Part shown: piece by piece, positions 38,501-50,500 of the stretch
How positions within the stretch are numbered: the first letter of the stretch is position 1
Layout: every line of letters begins with the position of its first letter
Source: Mobula hypostoma
Lineage: Eukaryota
Direction of reading: 5' to 3'
DNA length: 64,000 nt
NCBI RefSeq assembly: GCF_963921235.1
Contig: NC_086107.1
Coordinates: 116,562,001-116,626,000, forward strand
The notes under the pieces: generated by a model
Databases searched by the model: none
What the model was told of the DNA's origin: nothing
The model's input: only the letters and a program-made list of their open reading frames with translations
Made by a program: the position numbers and the translations under genes

Positions 38501-41500
38501 TCCTTTACATTTGACCTCCCAAAGTGCAACACCTCACACTTGCCCAGATCAAACTCCATCTGCCATTTCTCTGCCCATATCTGATTTTCAGAATCTGTTA
38601 TCAAGCTTCCTAAGTTAATGTTTCTATCTTCCCATGATAGCAAGCTGAGTCCTGGTAGGGGTTTGGTGGAAGGGCGTGGGGAAAGACACACTCCTGCCTC
38701 CCCCTGACCCGTTCCCTCCCCTCTGCCCCTCAGGCACTTTGAGGTGTCAGATCGCAGCGATCCTAAGGAGGCAGCCAAGGTCTTCAGCGTGCTGGATTTC
38801 GTGGGGGATGCCTGCAAGGCCATTGCCTCTCGAATCCGGGGGGCTGTGGCTGCTGTGCAGTTTGACGACTTTCACAAGGTGAGGTGGCTTGGAGGGGCAG
38901 CAACAGCAGGGAAGGTGTTGACACCACTAACCGGGTCTCCAGGTCTCCAGGTCTCTCTGCTCCCTCCCCTTTCCCTGCCTCGCACTCTGTCTCTCTCTTT
39001 CACAGCTCGCCTCTCTACAGGCCCCAGTCCCAGCCTCAGCGCTGAGGAGCAGTGAGCAGAAGTGAACCATCCCTCACCCTGGTCACGATACCCAGCCTTT
39101 TCCATCTGTCCAGCCAGGCCTTTCAATTGTCAAAGCATCGGCTTGTTTGTCGGTCGAAGACCTGCTTCGATACACTCTGGGTCTGGTCCCTGCCGTCACA
39201 ATCTAGCCTATAGCTGACCTTAGCTCGATCCATCCTGGCTCTTGGTTTGGGTGGGTGGGTGGGTGGGTGGGCTTTGAAACTCCTCTGTATCACACTCCCT
39301 GACTCTGTCTCACCACCACTCCACCTTGCTCCCACCACTTCCTCAACGCTGCAATTCTGCTCCAACTGTCCCTCAACCCTCGAGTCAGCCTCCCGTCGCT
39401 TGCACCTTCATTGCTTGCGGTCATTCTTTACCAAAATTTTGCACAAAAGAGTGTTGTTGTAAAGTAGTTGAATTTCTTGCTCTTTGAACAGCCAGTAAGC
39501 TGTCGTCTGTCTTCAGTAGCAGCCTTAAACTGGAACAACCCTCACTCTGCACCCACCTCCCACCCTCACCCCCTCCCCTCTCCCCTCCCCTCCCCTCTCC
39601 CCTCCCCTCTCCCCTCCCCTCTCCCCTCCCCCCTCTCCCCATCTCCCCTCTCCCCGTCTCCCCTCCACTCTCCTCTCCCCTCCCCTCTCCTCACCCCCCA
39701 CCCTCACCTCCCCTCTCTTCTCCCCTCCCTCCTCCCTCTTTTCCCCTCCTCCGTCCTGCCCTTCTCTCCTCTTCCCACAGAACTCGGCCCGGATAATCCG
39801 TTCGGCAGTGTTTGGCTTTGACGGCGAGCTGAAGGTGAGGGACCGGCTGGTGTTCTCGCAGAATAATCTGTGTGTCACCAGCGTGGACATACAGGCGGTG
39901 GAGCCTGTTGACCAGAGGACCCGCGACTCACTGCAGAAGAGTGTTCAGTTGGCCATCGAGATCACAACTAACGCACAGGAGGCGGCGGCCAGGTCCGTGC
40001 AGTGACGAGGGCGAGGGCAGAGGAGGATGGGTGGCTGATGAGGGAAGAAGGAAGGACGTGGATGAGAGGGAACAGGGTGAGGAGAGGAGATGAGGAAGGG
40101 AACAGGGTGAGGAGAGGAGGGGGAGGAAGGGAACAGGGTGAGGAGAGGAGGGGAGGAAGGGAGCAGGGTGAGGAGAGGAGGGGAGGAAGGGAACAGGGTG
40201 AGGAGAGGAGGGGAAGGGAGGAAACAGGGTGAGGAGAGGAGGGGAGGAAGGGAACAGGGTGAGGAGAGGAGGGGGAAGGGAGGAAACAGGGTGAGGGGAG
40301 GAAGGGAACAGGGTGAGGAGAGGAGGGGGAAGGGAACAGGGTGAGGAGAGGAGGGGGAAGGGAGGGAACAGGGTGAGGAGAGGAGGGGGAAGGGAGGGAA
40401 CAGGGTGAGGAGAGGAGGGGGAAGGGAGGGAACAGGGTGAGGAGAGGGGGGGAAGGGAACAGGGTGAGGAGAGGGGGGGAAGGGAACAGGGTGAGGAGAG
40501 GAGGGGGAAGGGAACAGGGTGAGGAGAGGAGGGGAGGAAGGGAACAGGGTGAGGAGAGGAGGGGAGGAAGGGAACAGGGTGAGGAGAGGAGGGGGAAGGG
40601 AGGAAACAGGGTGAGGAGAGGGGGGGAGGAAGGGAACAGGGTGAGGAGAGGAGGGGAGGAAGGGAGCAGGGTGAGGAGAGGAGGGGAAAGGGAGGAAACA
40701 GGGTGAGGAGAGGAGATGAGGAAGGGAACAGGGTGAGGAGAGAAGGGAGGGAACAGGATGAGGAGAGGAGGGCGAAGGGAGGGAACAGGGTGAGGAGAGG
40801 AGGGGAGGAAGGGAACAGGGTGAGGAGAGGAGGGAGGGAACAGGGTGAGGAGAGGGGGGAGGAAGGGAACAGGATGAGGAGAGGAGGGGGAAGGGAACAG
40901 GGTGAGGAGAGGAGGGGAGGAAGGGAACAGGGTGAGGAGAGGAGGGGGGAAGGGAACAGGGTGAGGAGAGGAGGGGAGGAAGGGAACAGGGTGAGGAGAG
41001 GAGGGGGAAGGGAACAGGGTGAGGAGAGGAGGGGGTAGGGAGGGAACAGGGTGAGGAGAGGAGGGGGTAGGGAGGGAACAGGGTGAGGAGAGGAGGGGGA
41101 AGGGAGGGAACAGGGTGAGGAGAGGAGGGGAGGAAGGGAACAGGGTGAGGAGAGGAGGGGAGGAAGGGAACAGGGTGAGGAGAGGAGGGGAGGAAGGGAA
41201 CAGGGTGAGGAGGGGAGGAAGGGAACAGGGTGAGGAGAGGAGGGGAGGAAGGGAACAGGGTGAGGAGAGGAGGGGAGGAAGGGAACAGGGTGAGGAGAGG
41301 AGGGGGAAGGGAGGGAACAGGGTGAGGAGAGGAGGGGAGGAAGGGAACAGGGTGAGGAGAGGAGGGGGAAGGGAACAGGGTGAGGAGAGGAGGGGAGGAA
41401 GGGAACAGTGTGAGGAGAGGAGGGGGTAGGAAGGGAACAGGGTGAGGAGAGGGGGAAGGGAGGGAACAGGGTGAGGAGAGGAGGGGGAAGGGAGGGAACA

Positions 41501-44500
41501 GGGTGAGGAGATGGGGATGGGAGGGAACAGTGTGTGGAGGGGAGGAGAGGGGCAGGTTGAGGAGGGGAGAGGGTGGCTGGAGCATGAGAGAGGACAAAGG
41601 GGTAAGGAAGATGGGGAGGGGAGAGGAGACAGGAGGGGAAGGATGAGGAAAGGAGGGTGGAAATGAGTGGAGGGAAAGAGGGAGGTGAGAGAGGGTGGGT
41701 GATAAGGGGATGGATAGTGAGGGTGGTGTCGGAGCTGGGAGTGGGTCAGAACTGAGAAAAGGGTAGCTGGGAGAACGTGGTTAACTCGAGGATATCTCTT
41801 CCTGACCCGCAGACATGAGGCGGAGCGTCTGGAACAAGAGGCCAAGGGCCGTCTGGAGCGCCAACGCATCCTCGACCAGGTAGAGGCAGAGAGAGCCCGC
41901 AAGGAGCTGCTTGAACTGGAGGCCAACAGGTCAGTTCGTGTTCCCCCCACCCCGTCGGTCCGTGTTCCTCCCACCCCGTCGGTCCGTGTTCCCCCCACCC
42001 CGTCGGTCCATACTCCCCCATCCACCCCGTCGGTCCGTACTCCCCCATCCACCCTGTACGTCCGTATTCCCCCACCCACGCCGTAAGTCCGTATCTCCCC
42101 CATCTGTGTGCCCCTCCTCCTGTCTGTCCGCTAACCCCGACTGTTCCCACACTCATGGCCCACCCTGCTGTCCGTCTGTCTGTCTGTTCCCCACTGACCC
42201 ATCTCCGTTTCCACAGCATGGCAGTGGAGAGCACAGGGGCCGCGAAGGCGGAGGCACAATCGAAGGCGGAGGCGGCGAGGATCGAGGGTGAGGGAGCTGT
42301 CTTACAGGCTAGGCTGAAGGCCCAGGCACTGGACATCGAAACCGTGAGTGATATTCCACCACCCCCTGGACCGCTGAGAACCCCACACTCCCACCGTCCC
42401 ACCCCCCTGAAGCACCTTCAATAACTCCAAAAGACTGAAGATGGGTAAAATACTGAAAGGCTTTTACTCGCTGTACAATACGACCTCCCTGGTGAGCGTC
42501 TGCCCCTGGACTGACGGCGAGGGGCAAGGCGAAATCACCTTTATTCAGGGGTCTGTGGGAGGAGCCACGGGGGCAGTCAGCAGAGGGGCATGTCCAGACA
42601 GGTAACCCAGTTACAACATATATATATAATGGTTTACCACAACCCCACCTTCCAAGATTCTGACTGCTGAATCCCCCACCACCCCCCTAACCGTAGAGAT
42701 ACCCACCTACCATAGTCATCCTCCCCCCACTGTCGTGAATTGGAAAAAGAGATTTCCTCCACTGTGTGTGAGAGATATACCTGAACTATCCTTGTCTCAC
42801 TCCACTCCTCCCCTCTCCCCAAAACCTCCCCCTCCCCTCCCCAAAACCTCCCTGCAAAACCTGCCCTCTCCAACCCTTCCTCTCCTCAAAACCTCCCCTC
42901 TCCCCCAACCCTTCCTCTCCCCAAAACCTCCCCTCTCCCCCAACCCTTCCTCTCACCAAAACCTCCCCTCTCCCAAAACCTCTCCTCTCCCCTGCACTCT
43001 CCCTCCTCCTCTCTGCCCCCTCCCCTTCCTCCACCTCTCCCCCTCTCTGCCCCTTCCCCACCCCTTCTCTCACCCTCTCTACCCCTCCCCCCTCTCACCC
43101 TCCCCCTCCCCCCTCTCCCCCTCCCCCTCCCCCCTCTCCCCCTCCCCCCTCTCCCCCTCCCCTCCTCCCCCCTCCTCCCCTCCTCCCCCTCTCCCCCCCT
43201 CTCCCCCCCCCACTTCTCTCTTGCTGTCCACCTCTCCTCCACCCAGGACGCTGAGCTCCTGCGACTTACCAAGGCTCGGGAGCAGGAACTGAAGTACATG
43301 GAGGCGCAGAACCGCCTGGAAGTGGAAAAAAACCAACAGTTGGCCCAGGTGGAATCTAAGCGCTTTCAGGAGATGGTACAGGCCATTGGCCCCGAGACCA
43401 TTCGGGACATTGCTGTGTCCGGGCCTGAACTCCAGGTACAACTGTGCTGCCCCTCTGCATCATTGCTTAGTGCGTCAGAAACATCTCCTTCTCGAACTGC
43501 AGGATGAATTCTATCATGTTTTGATCACTGGCCCCAGGGGTTCCTGTACATTAACCCTAACCCTAACCCTAATGCGTTAAACTCTAACCAATTCCCATTC
43601 ATTACACACACCCAATCCAGAATAGTTGTTCCCCACGTGAACTCAGCCATGAGCTGCTCTAAAAGGCATTCTACAAATTCCTTCTGTTAGGATCCAGCAC
43701 CAAACTGACTTTTCCAATGACCTGCATATTGAAATCCCCAGTGACTATCACCCTCTTTCTAATGATTTTACATTGCAACCCATCCTGTTGTTGATTGCAA
43801 TTTTGGCCTGTAATCAACCACTTCCGACTACATGCTGCCTTTGTTTGTAGACCAACTGGCCCTCAGCCCTAAACCAACTAACCCTTAGCCCAATATGCTG
43901 GTTCCCAACCTCCTGCCAAGGTAGTTTAAACCCTCCTGAACAGCTGTAACAAACCTGTCCACAGGGATATTGGTTCCCCCCCCCCGCCCCCAGGTTCAGA
44001 TGTAACCCATCTGTTTTGTATAGGTTCTACCTTCCCCAGAAGAGAACTCAATGATCCAGAAATCTGAAGCCCTGCCCCTTGCACCAGTTCTTTAGTTGTG
44101 CATTCAGTCCATTCTTACCCTCACTGGTGCTGGCGGAGGCTGCAATCCAGAGATTACTACCCTGGAGGTCCCGCTTTTCACCTTCCTGCCAAGCTCCCTA
44201 ACATCCTTCTTCAGGACCTTCTCACCTTTCCTACCCATTTCATTGGTATTAATATGTACCAAGACTCGTCTGTTCACATTCCCCTTCAGAATGCCATGGA
44301 CCCGGTCTGACACATCCCTGACTCTGGGATGTGGGAGGCAACACACCAACTGGGTGTCTCTACCACGCCTGCAGAATCTCGTCTCTATCCCTCCAACTAT
44401 GGAATCTATCACTACTGCAGTCCTCTACCCCTCTCTTCTCTTCTGAGCCACAGCACCAGACTCCGTGCCAGAGACCTGATTGCTGCGGCTCCCCCGAGAG

Positions 44501-47500
44501 CTCCTCACTCTCAACGGTGTCGAAAGTGGTATACTTATTATTGAAGGGAATAGCCAAGGGGGGACTCTGCACTGGCTGCCCATTTCCCTTCCTTCTCCTG
44601 ACAGTCACCCAGTTATCTGCCTCCTGCAACCTGGGGTTGACTACCTCCATGTAGCTCCCATCTCTCACTTCCTCAGTCTCCCGTATGAGCCGAGGACGAT
44701 CAAGCTGCATTTCCTTCCAGTTTCTTAACACGTTCCTTGAGGAGCTGCAGCTCGGTGCACCTGGTACAGTTGTGGTTGTTCGAGAACCTGGAGCTCTCCC
44801 ACAATACCCACATCTCACACAAAGAACACAACACAGCCTCTGGAACCATTTTCACTGCACAAACCGTGTCCTAAATGAAGAAACTTACCAAATGCTTACC
44901 TTGCCAAAGCTTGATGAACCAAAGCCACTCCTAAACCGGCCCATTCACACAATGCAACTAAACATCCTAAATCCTGTACCCAGTGCCCTGACTGATGAAG
45001 ACCGGTGAGCCAAACACCACCGTCACCACCCTGTCTACCTGTGACTCTGTTTCCAGGGAACCTCAGTCCCTCTGTTCAACAACAATCCCCTAAGTCCTGT
45101 CGTCCACTGTGAAACGTCTGAGATAAACCCAAAGTGGGGAATTACTCAGTGAGTCAGGCAGGGCCTGTGGATAGAGTTTGATACAGATGGGGAATTACTC
45201 AGTGAGTCAGGCAGGGCCTGCGGATAGAGTTTGATACAGATGGGGAATTACTCAGTGAGTCAGGCAGGGCCTGTGGATAGAGTTTGTTACAGATGGGGAA
45301 TTACTCAGTGAGTCAGGCAGGGCCTGTGGATAGAGTTTGATACAGATGGGGAATTACTCAGTGAGTCAGGCAGGGCCTCTGAGGAAAGATTGGCGTGGCC
45401 AATCTGGACATCGGAGGTTTTGAGAGGTAGCGACTTCAATCAGGTCCACTGCCTAAGCACAAAAGTAGCAGCGGGTCGCTACAGCGAGAAACAGCTTTGA
45501 TCAGCAATCAATCCGTGTTTGGGATTGATTAGCAAGAGTAAATTAACGGGGCAAGTGCGGCAGCCATCATCTGAGTGGACAGAGTTGGACTGGTGATCTT
45601 GAGGCTTTAGCTCTTTGAGGCTTCTGCAAGGAGAGGCTTCAGTCAGAGAAAGCAAAGAAAAGCTGAAGGTTGAGTTTTGCTCTTCCCTTTATATCTGCTC
45701 AGTAGGATAGTAGAGATGCTCCTTTTGCGGGATATGGGAAAGCAGGGAGATGCCAGTGTTCCTGACGACAGCTGCGAGAGGTGCATCCAGCTGCAGCTTC
45801 TAAAGATCTGCGTTAGGGAGTTGGACCTGGGACTGGGTGAACCCTGGATCACTCGGGAGGCTGAGGGGGTGAAAGACAGGACATATAGAGAGTTAGTTAC
45901 ACCCAAGATGCAAGGCACAGGAAACGGGGTGACAGTCAGGAAGAGGAAAGGGGTTAAGAGTACCCCGTGGCCATCCCCCTCAGAAATGGGTATATCACTT
46001 TGGATACTGTCGGTGGGATGACCTAACAGAGGAAAGTCACAGTGGTCGGGTTTTCTGGCTGAGTCTGGCTCTGTGATTCAGAAGGGAAGGGGAGGAGGAA
46101 GAGGCATGCTGTGGTGATAGGGGGAGTCCACAGAACCATATGACATAGGAGCAGAATTAGGCCATCGAGACTGCTCCACCATTCCATCATGGTTAATCCT
46201 GGATCCCACTTAACCCCATACACCTGCCGTTAGTTAGGGGAATGGACGGGCGGTTTTGTGGGTGAGAATAAGACTCTCTGTTGGTATGTTGCCTCCTGAG
46301 TTCCAGAGTCCAGGTTGAGAGTGTTGTTAAGAAGGCTGGTGTGTTGGCCTTCATCAACCAGAGGTAATGCGGTAATGCTACAACTATATAAGACCTTGGT
46401 CAGACCTCACTTGGAGTATTGCTCAGTTCTGGTTACCTCACTACAGGAAGGACGTGAAAACCATAAAAAGGGTGCAGAGGAGATTTACAAGGATGTTGCC
46501 TGGATTGGAGAGCATGCCTTATGAGAATAGCTTGAGTCAATTTGGTCTTTTCTCCTTGGAGTGACAGAGGATGAGAGGTGACCTGATAGAGGTGTATAAG
46601 ATGATGAGAGGCATTGATTGTGTGGATAGCCAGAGGCTTTTAACCAGGGCTGAAATGGCTAACACGAGGGGCCATAGTTTTAAGGCGCTTGGAAGTAGGT
46701 ACAAGGGGGATGTCAGAGACAAGTTTTTCACACATAAGAGTGGTGGGTGCGTGCAATGCACTGCCAGTGACGGTGGTGGAGGCAGATATAATAGGGTCTT
46801 TTAAGAGACTCATGGAGCTTAGAAAATCAGAGGGCTATGCAGTAAAGAAATTCTCGGCAGCTTCCAGTGTAGGTTACATGGTCGGTACAACATTGTGGGC
46901 CGAAGATTGTGCTGTAGATTTTCTGTGTTCTATATTCATCTTGGATTGAGTCCTCAGCATACTTAAGTGGGAAGGTGAACAGGAAGAAGTCATGGTCCAT
47001 GTAAGGACCAATGCCATGGGTAGGATAAGTGTCAAGGTTCTGCACAGGGAGTTCAGGGAGTTAGGTACTAAGTTAAATGGCAGGACCTCCAGGGTTGTGA
47101 TCTCAGGAATACTACCTATGCTACGTGCTAGTGAGGCCAGAACTAGGATGATTATAATAGTTAATACAAGGCTAAGGAGTTGGTGTTGGAGGAAGGGCAT
47201 GATTTTTGAATTTTTGGGCTCTCCTCCAGGGAAGTGGGACCTGTACAGAAGGGAAGGTTTGCATCTGAACTGGAGGGAGACTAATATCCTAGCAGGAAGG
47301 TTTGTTCATGCTGCACAGTGGAGTTTAAACTAGAATTGCAGGGGGGATGGGAACAAGAATGCCAGGACAGTTAGTGGAGAGGTTGTGGAGGGAGATATTG
47401 GAAAGACCTCAGACAAAGTTAGGAATCAAAATGTTGAGCTTGGTGTGACTAGTGTCCTGAGTTGCATAAATCTCAGTGCAAGTTGTACCGTAGAAAAGGC

Positions 47501-50500
47501 AGATAATAGCGCTGAGAATTAGGTAGCTGGTTTACAAACAGAGAAGAGGCTGTTGATGGGGCAAAATTGCAGTCAACAGATGAGTTGCAACATAAGAGGT
47601 GGACAAAATCGAAAAAGATGAATACAGGACTGACGGCGTTATATTTGAATGAGTGCAGTATATGGATGAACAGTTGCAGATTGGCAGGTATGTTGTAAGC
47701 ATTACTGAATCATGGCAAAAGAAAGATTATAGCTGGGAACTCTAACGTCCAAGCATACACATTGTATTGAAAGGACAGGCAGAAAGTCAGAGGGGGCGGC
47801 ATTGCTTTGTTGGTAAGAATATGAAATCAATTCATTAGACAGAGATGAAATAGAGTCAGAAGGTGTTGAATCATTGTGGATAGGCTAAGGAACTGCAAGG
47901 ATAAAAAGTCCCTGATGGGAGTGGTATACAGACCCCAAAACAGTAATAAGAATGTGGTCCACAAATTACAATGGGAGATAGAAAATGTATGACAAAAGGG
48001 CAATGTTACGATAGTCGTAGGGGGTTTCAATAATCAGGTAAACTGGGAAAATCAGTTTGGTGCTGGACTCCCAGAGGGTGAATTTCTACAATACTTATGA
48101 GATGGCTTTTTAGCAGCTCGTGGTTCAGCAACCAAGGGAATCAGCTATTCTGGATTGGGTATTGTCCAGTGAACTGTATTTGATTAGAGACATAGAAATG
48201 CTACAGCACAATACAAGCGCTTCGGCCCACAAAGCTGTGCTGAATGTGTTCCTACCTTAGAAATTACTTAGGGTTACTCATAGCCCTCCATTTTTCTAAG
48301 CTCCATGTACCTGTCCAGGAGTCTCTTAAAAGACCCTTTTGTATCCTCCTTCACCTCTGTCGCCAGCAGCCCATTCCACGCACTCACCACTCTCTGCATA
48401 AAAAAAAACTTACCCCTGACATCCTCTGTTCCTTCTTCCAAGCACCTTAAAACTGTGCTGTCTCATGCTAGTTATTCCAGCCTGGGAAAAACCCTCTGAC
48501 TATACACACGATCAATGCTTATCATCTTGTACACTTCTATCAGGTCAGCTCTCATCCTCTGCCGCTCCAAGAAGAAAAGGTCGAGTTCACTCAACCTGTC
48601 TTCAAAAGGCGTGCTCCCCAATCCAGGTAACATCCTTGTAAATCTCCTCTGCACCCTTTCTATAGTTTCCACATCCTTCTTGTTAGTGAGGTGACCAGAA
48701 CTGAGCACAGTACTCCAAGTGGTGTCTGACCAGGGCCCTATGTAGCTGCAACATTACCTCTCGGCTCTTAAACTCAATCCCACGATTGATGAAGGCCAAT
48801 GCACCGTATGCCTTCTTAACCACAGAGTCAACCCCAAGATCACTCTGATCCTCCACACTGCCAAGAGTCTAACCATTAATACTATATTCTGCCATCGTAT
48901 TTGACCTACTAAAATGAACTACCTCACACTTATCTGGGTTGAACTCCATCTGCCACTTCTCAGCCCAGTTTTGCATCCTATCAAGGTCCCGCTGTAACCT
49001 CTGACAGCCGTCCACACTATCCACAACACCCCCAACCTTTGTGTCATCAGCAAATTTACCAACCCATCCCTGCAGTTCTTAGGTCCCAGAACGGATCCCT
49101 GAGGCACATCACTGGTCACTGACCTCCATGCAGAATATGTCCCGTCTACAACCACTCTTTGCCTTCTGTGGGCAAGCCAGTTTTGGATCCACAAAGCAAT
49201 GTCCCCTTGGATCCCATCCCTCCTTATTTTCTCAATAAGCCTTGCATGGAGAACCTTGTCAAATGCCTTGCTGAAATCCATATACACTACATCTACTGCT
49301 CTACCTTCATCAATGTGTTCAGTCACATCCTCAAAAAATTCAATCAGGCTCGTAAGGCACGATCTGCCTTTGACAAAGCCATGCTGACTATTTCTAATCA
49401 TATTATGCCTCTCTAAATGTTCATAAATCCTGCCTCTCAGGATCTTCTTCATCAACTTACCAACCACTAAAGTAAGACTCACTGGTCTATAATTTCCTGG
49501 GCCATCCATACTCCCTTTCTTGAATAATAGAACAACATCTGCAACCCTCCAGTATTCCAGAGCCTCTCCCATCCTCATTGATGATTCAAAGATCATCGTC
49601 AGAGACTCAGCAATCTCCCCCCTCACCTCCCACAATAGCCTAGGGAACATCTCGTCCAGTCCTGGAGACTTATCCAACTTGATGCTTTCCAAAAGCTCCA
49701 GCACATCCTCTTCCTTAATATCTACATGCTCAAGTTTTTCAGTCCGCTGTAAGTCATCCCTACAATCGCCAAGATCCTTTTCCATAGTGAATACTGAAGC
49801 AAAGTACTCATTAAGTACATTGCCATCTCCTCTGGTTCCAAACACACTTTTCTACTGTCACAGTTGATTGGTACTATTCTCTCATGTCTTCTCCTCTTGC
49901 TCTTCACGTACTTGCAGAATGCCTTGACGTTTTCCTTAATCCTGACCACCAAGGCATTCTCATGGCCCCTTCTGGCTCTCCTAATTTCTTTCTTAAGCTC
50001 CCTCCTGCTAGCCTTATAATCTTCTAGATCTCTATCAATACCTAGTTTTTTGAACCTTTTGTAAGCTCTTCTTTTCTTCTTGACTAGATTTACAACAGCC
50101 TTTGTACACCACTGTTCCTGTACCCTACCATCCTTTCTCTGTCTCATTGGAATGTACCTGTGCAGAACTCCATGCAAATATTCCCTGAACATTTGCCACA
50201 TTTCTTCCGTACATTTCCCTGAGAACATCTGTTCCCAATTTATGCTTCCAAGTTCCTGCCTGATAGCCTCATATTTCCTCTTACTGTAATTAAACTCTTC
50301 CTTAACTTGTCTGTTCCTATCCCTCTCCAATGCTATGGTAAATGAGATAGAATTGTGATCACTCTCTCCAAAATTCTCTCCCACTGAGAGATCTGACATC
50401 TGACCAGGTTCATTTCCCAATACCAGATCAAATACAGCCTCTCCTCTTGTAGCTTATCTACATATTGTGTCAAGAAACCTTCTTGAACACACCTAACAAA

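Noticed and set aside
39945..42103. 550 and 711 aa minus-strand ORFs
   Set aside because: Antisense translations of the 30-bp array.
44990..45016. CTGATGAAGACCGGTGAGCCAAAC as a hammerhead
   Set aside because: It is antisense CR1 ORF2 sequence (compare gatgaaggcc at 48788) and lacks stem II and GAAA.
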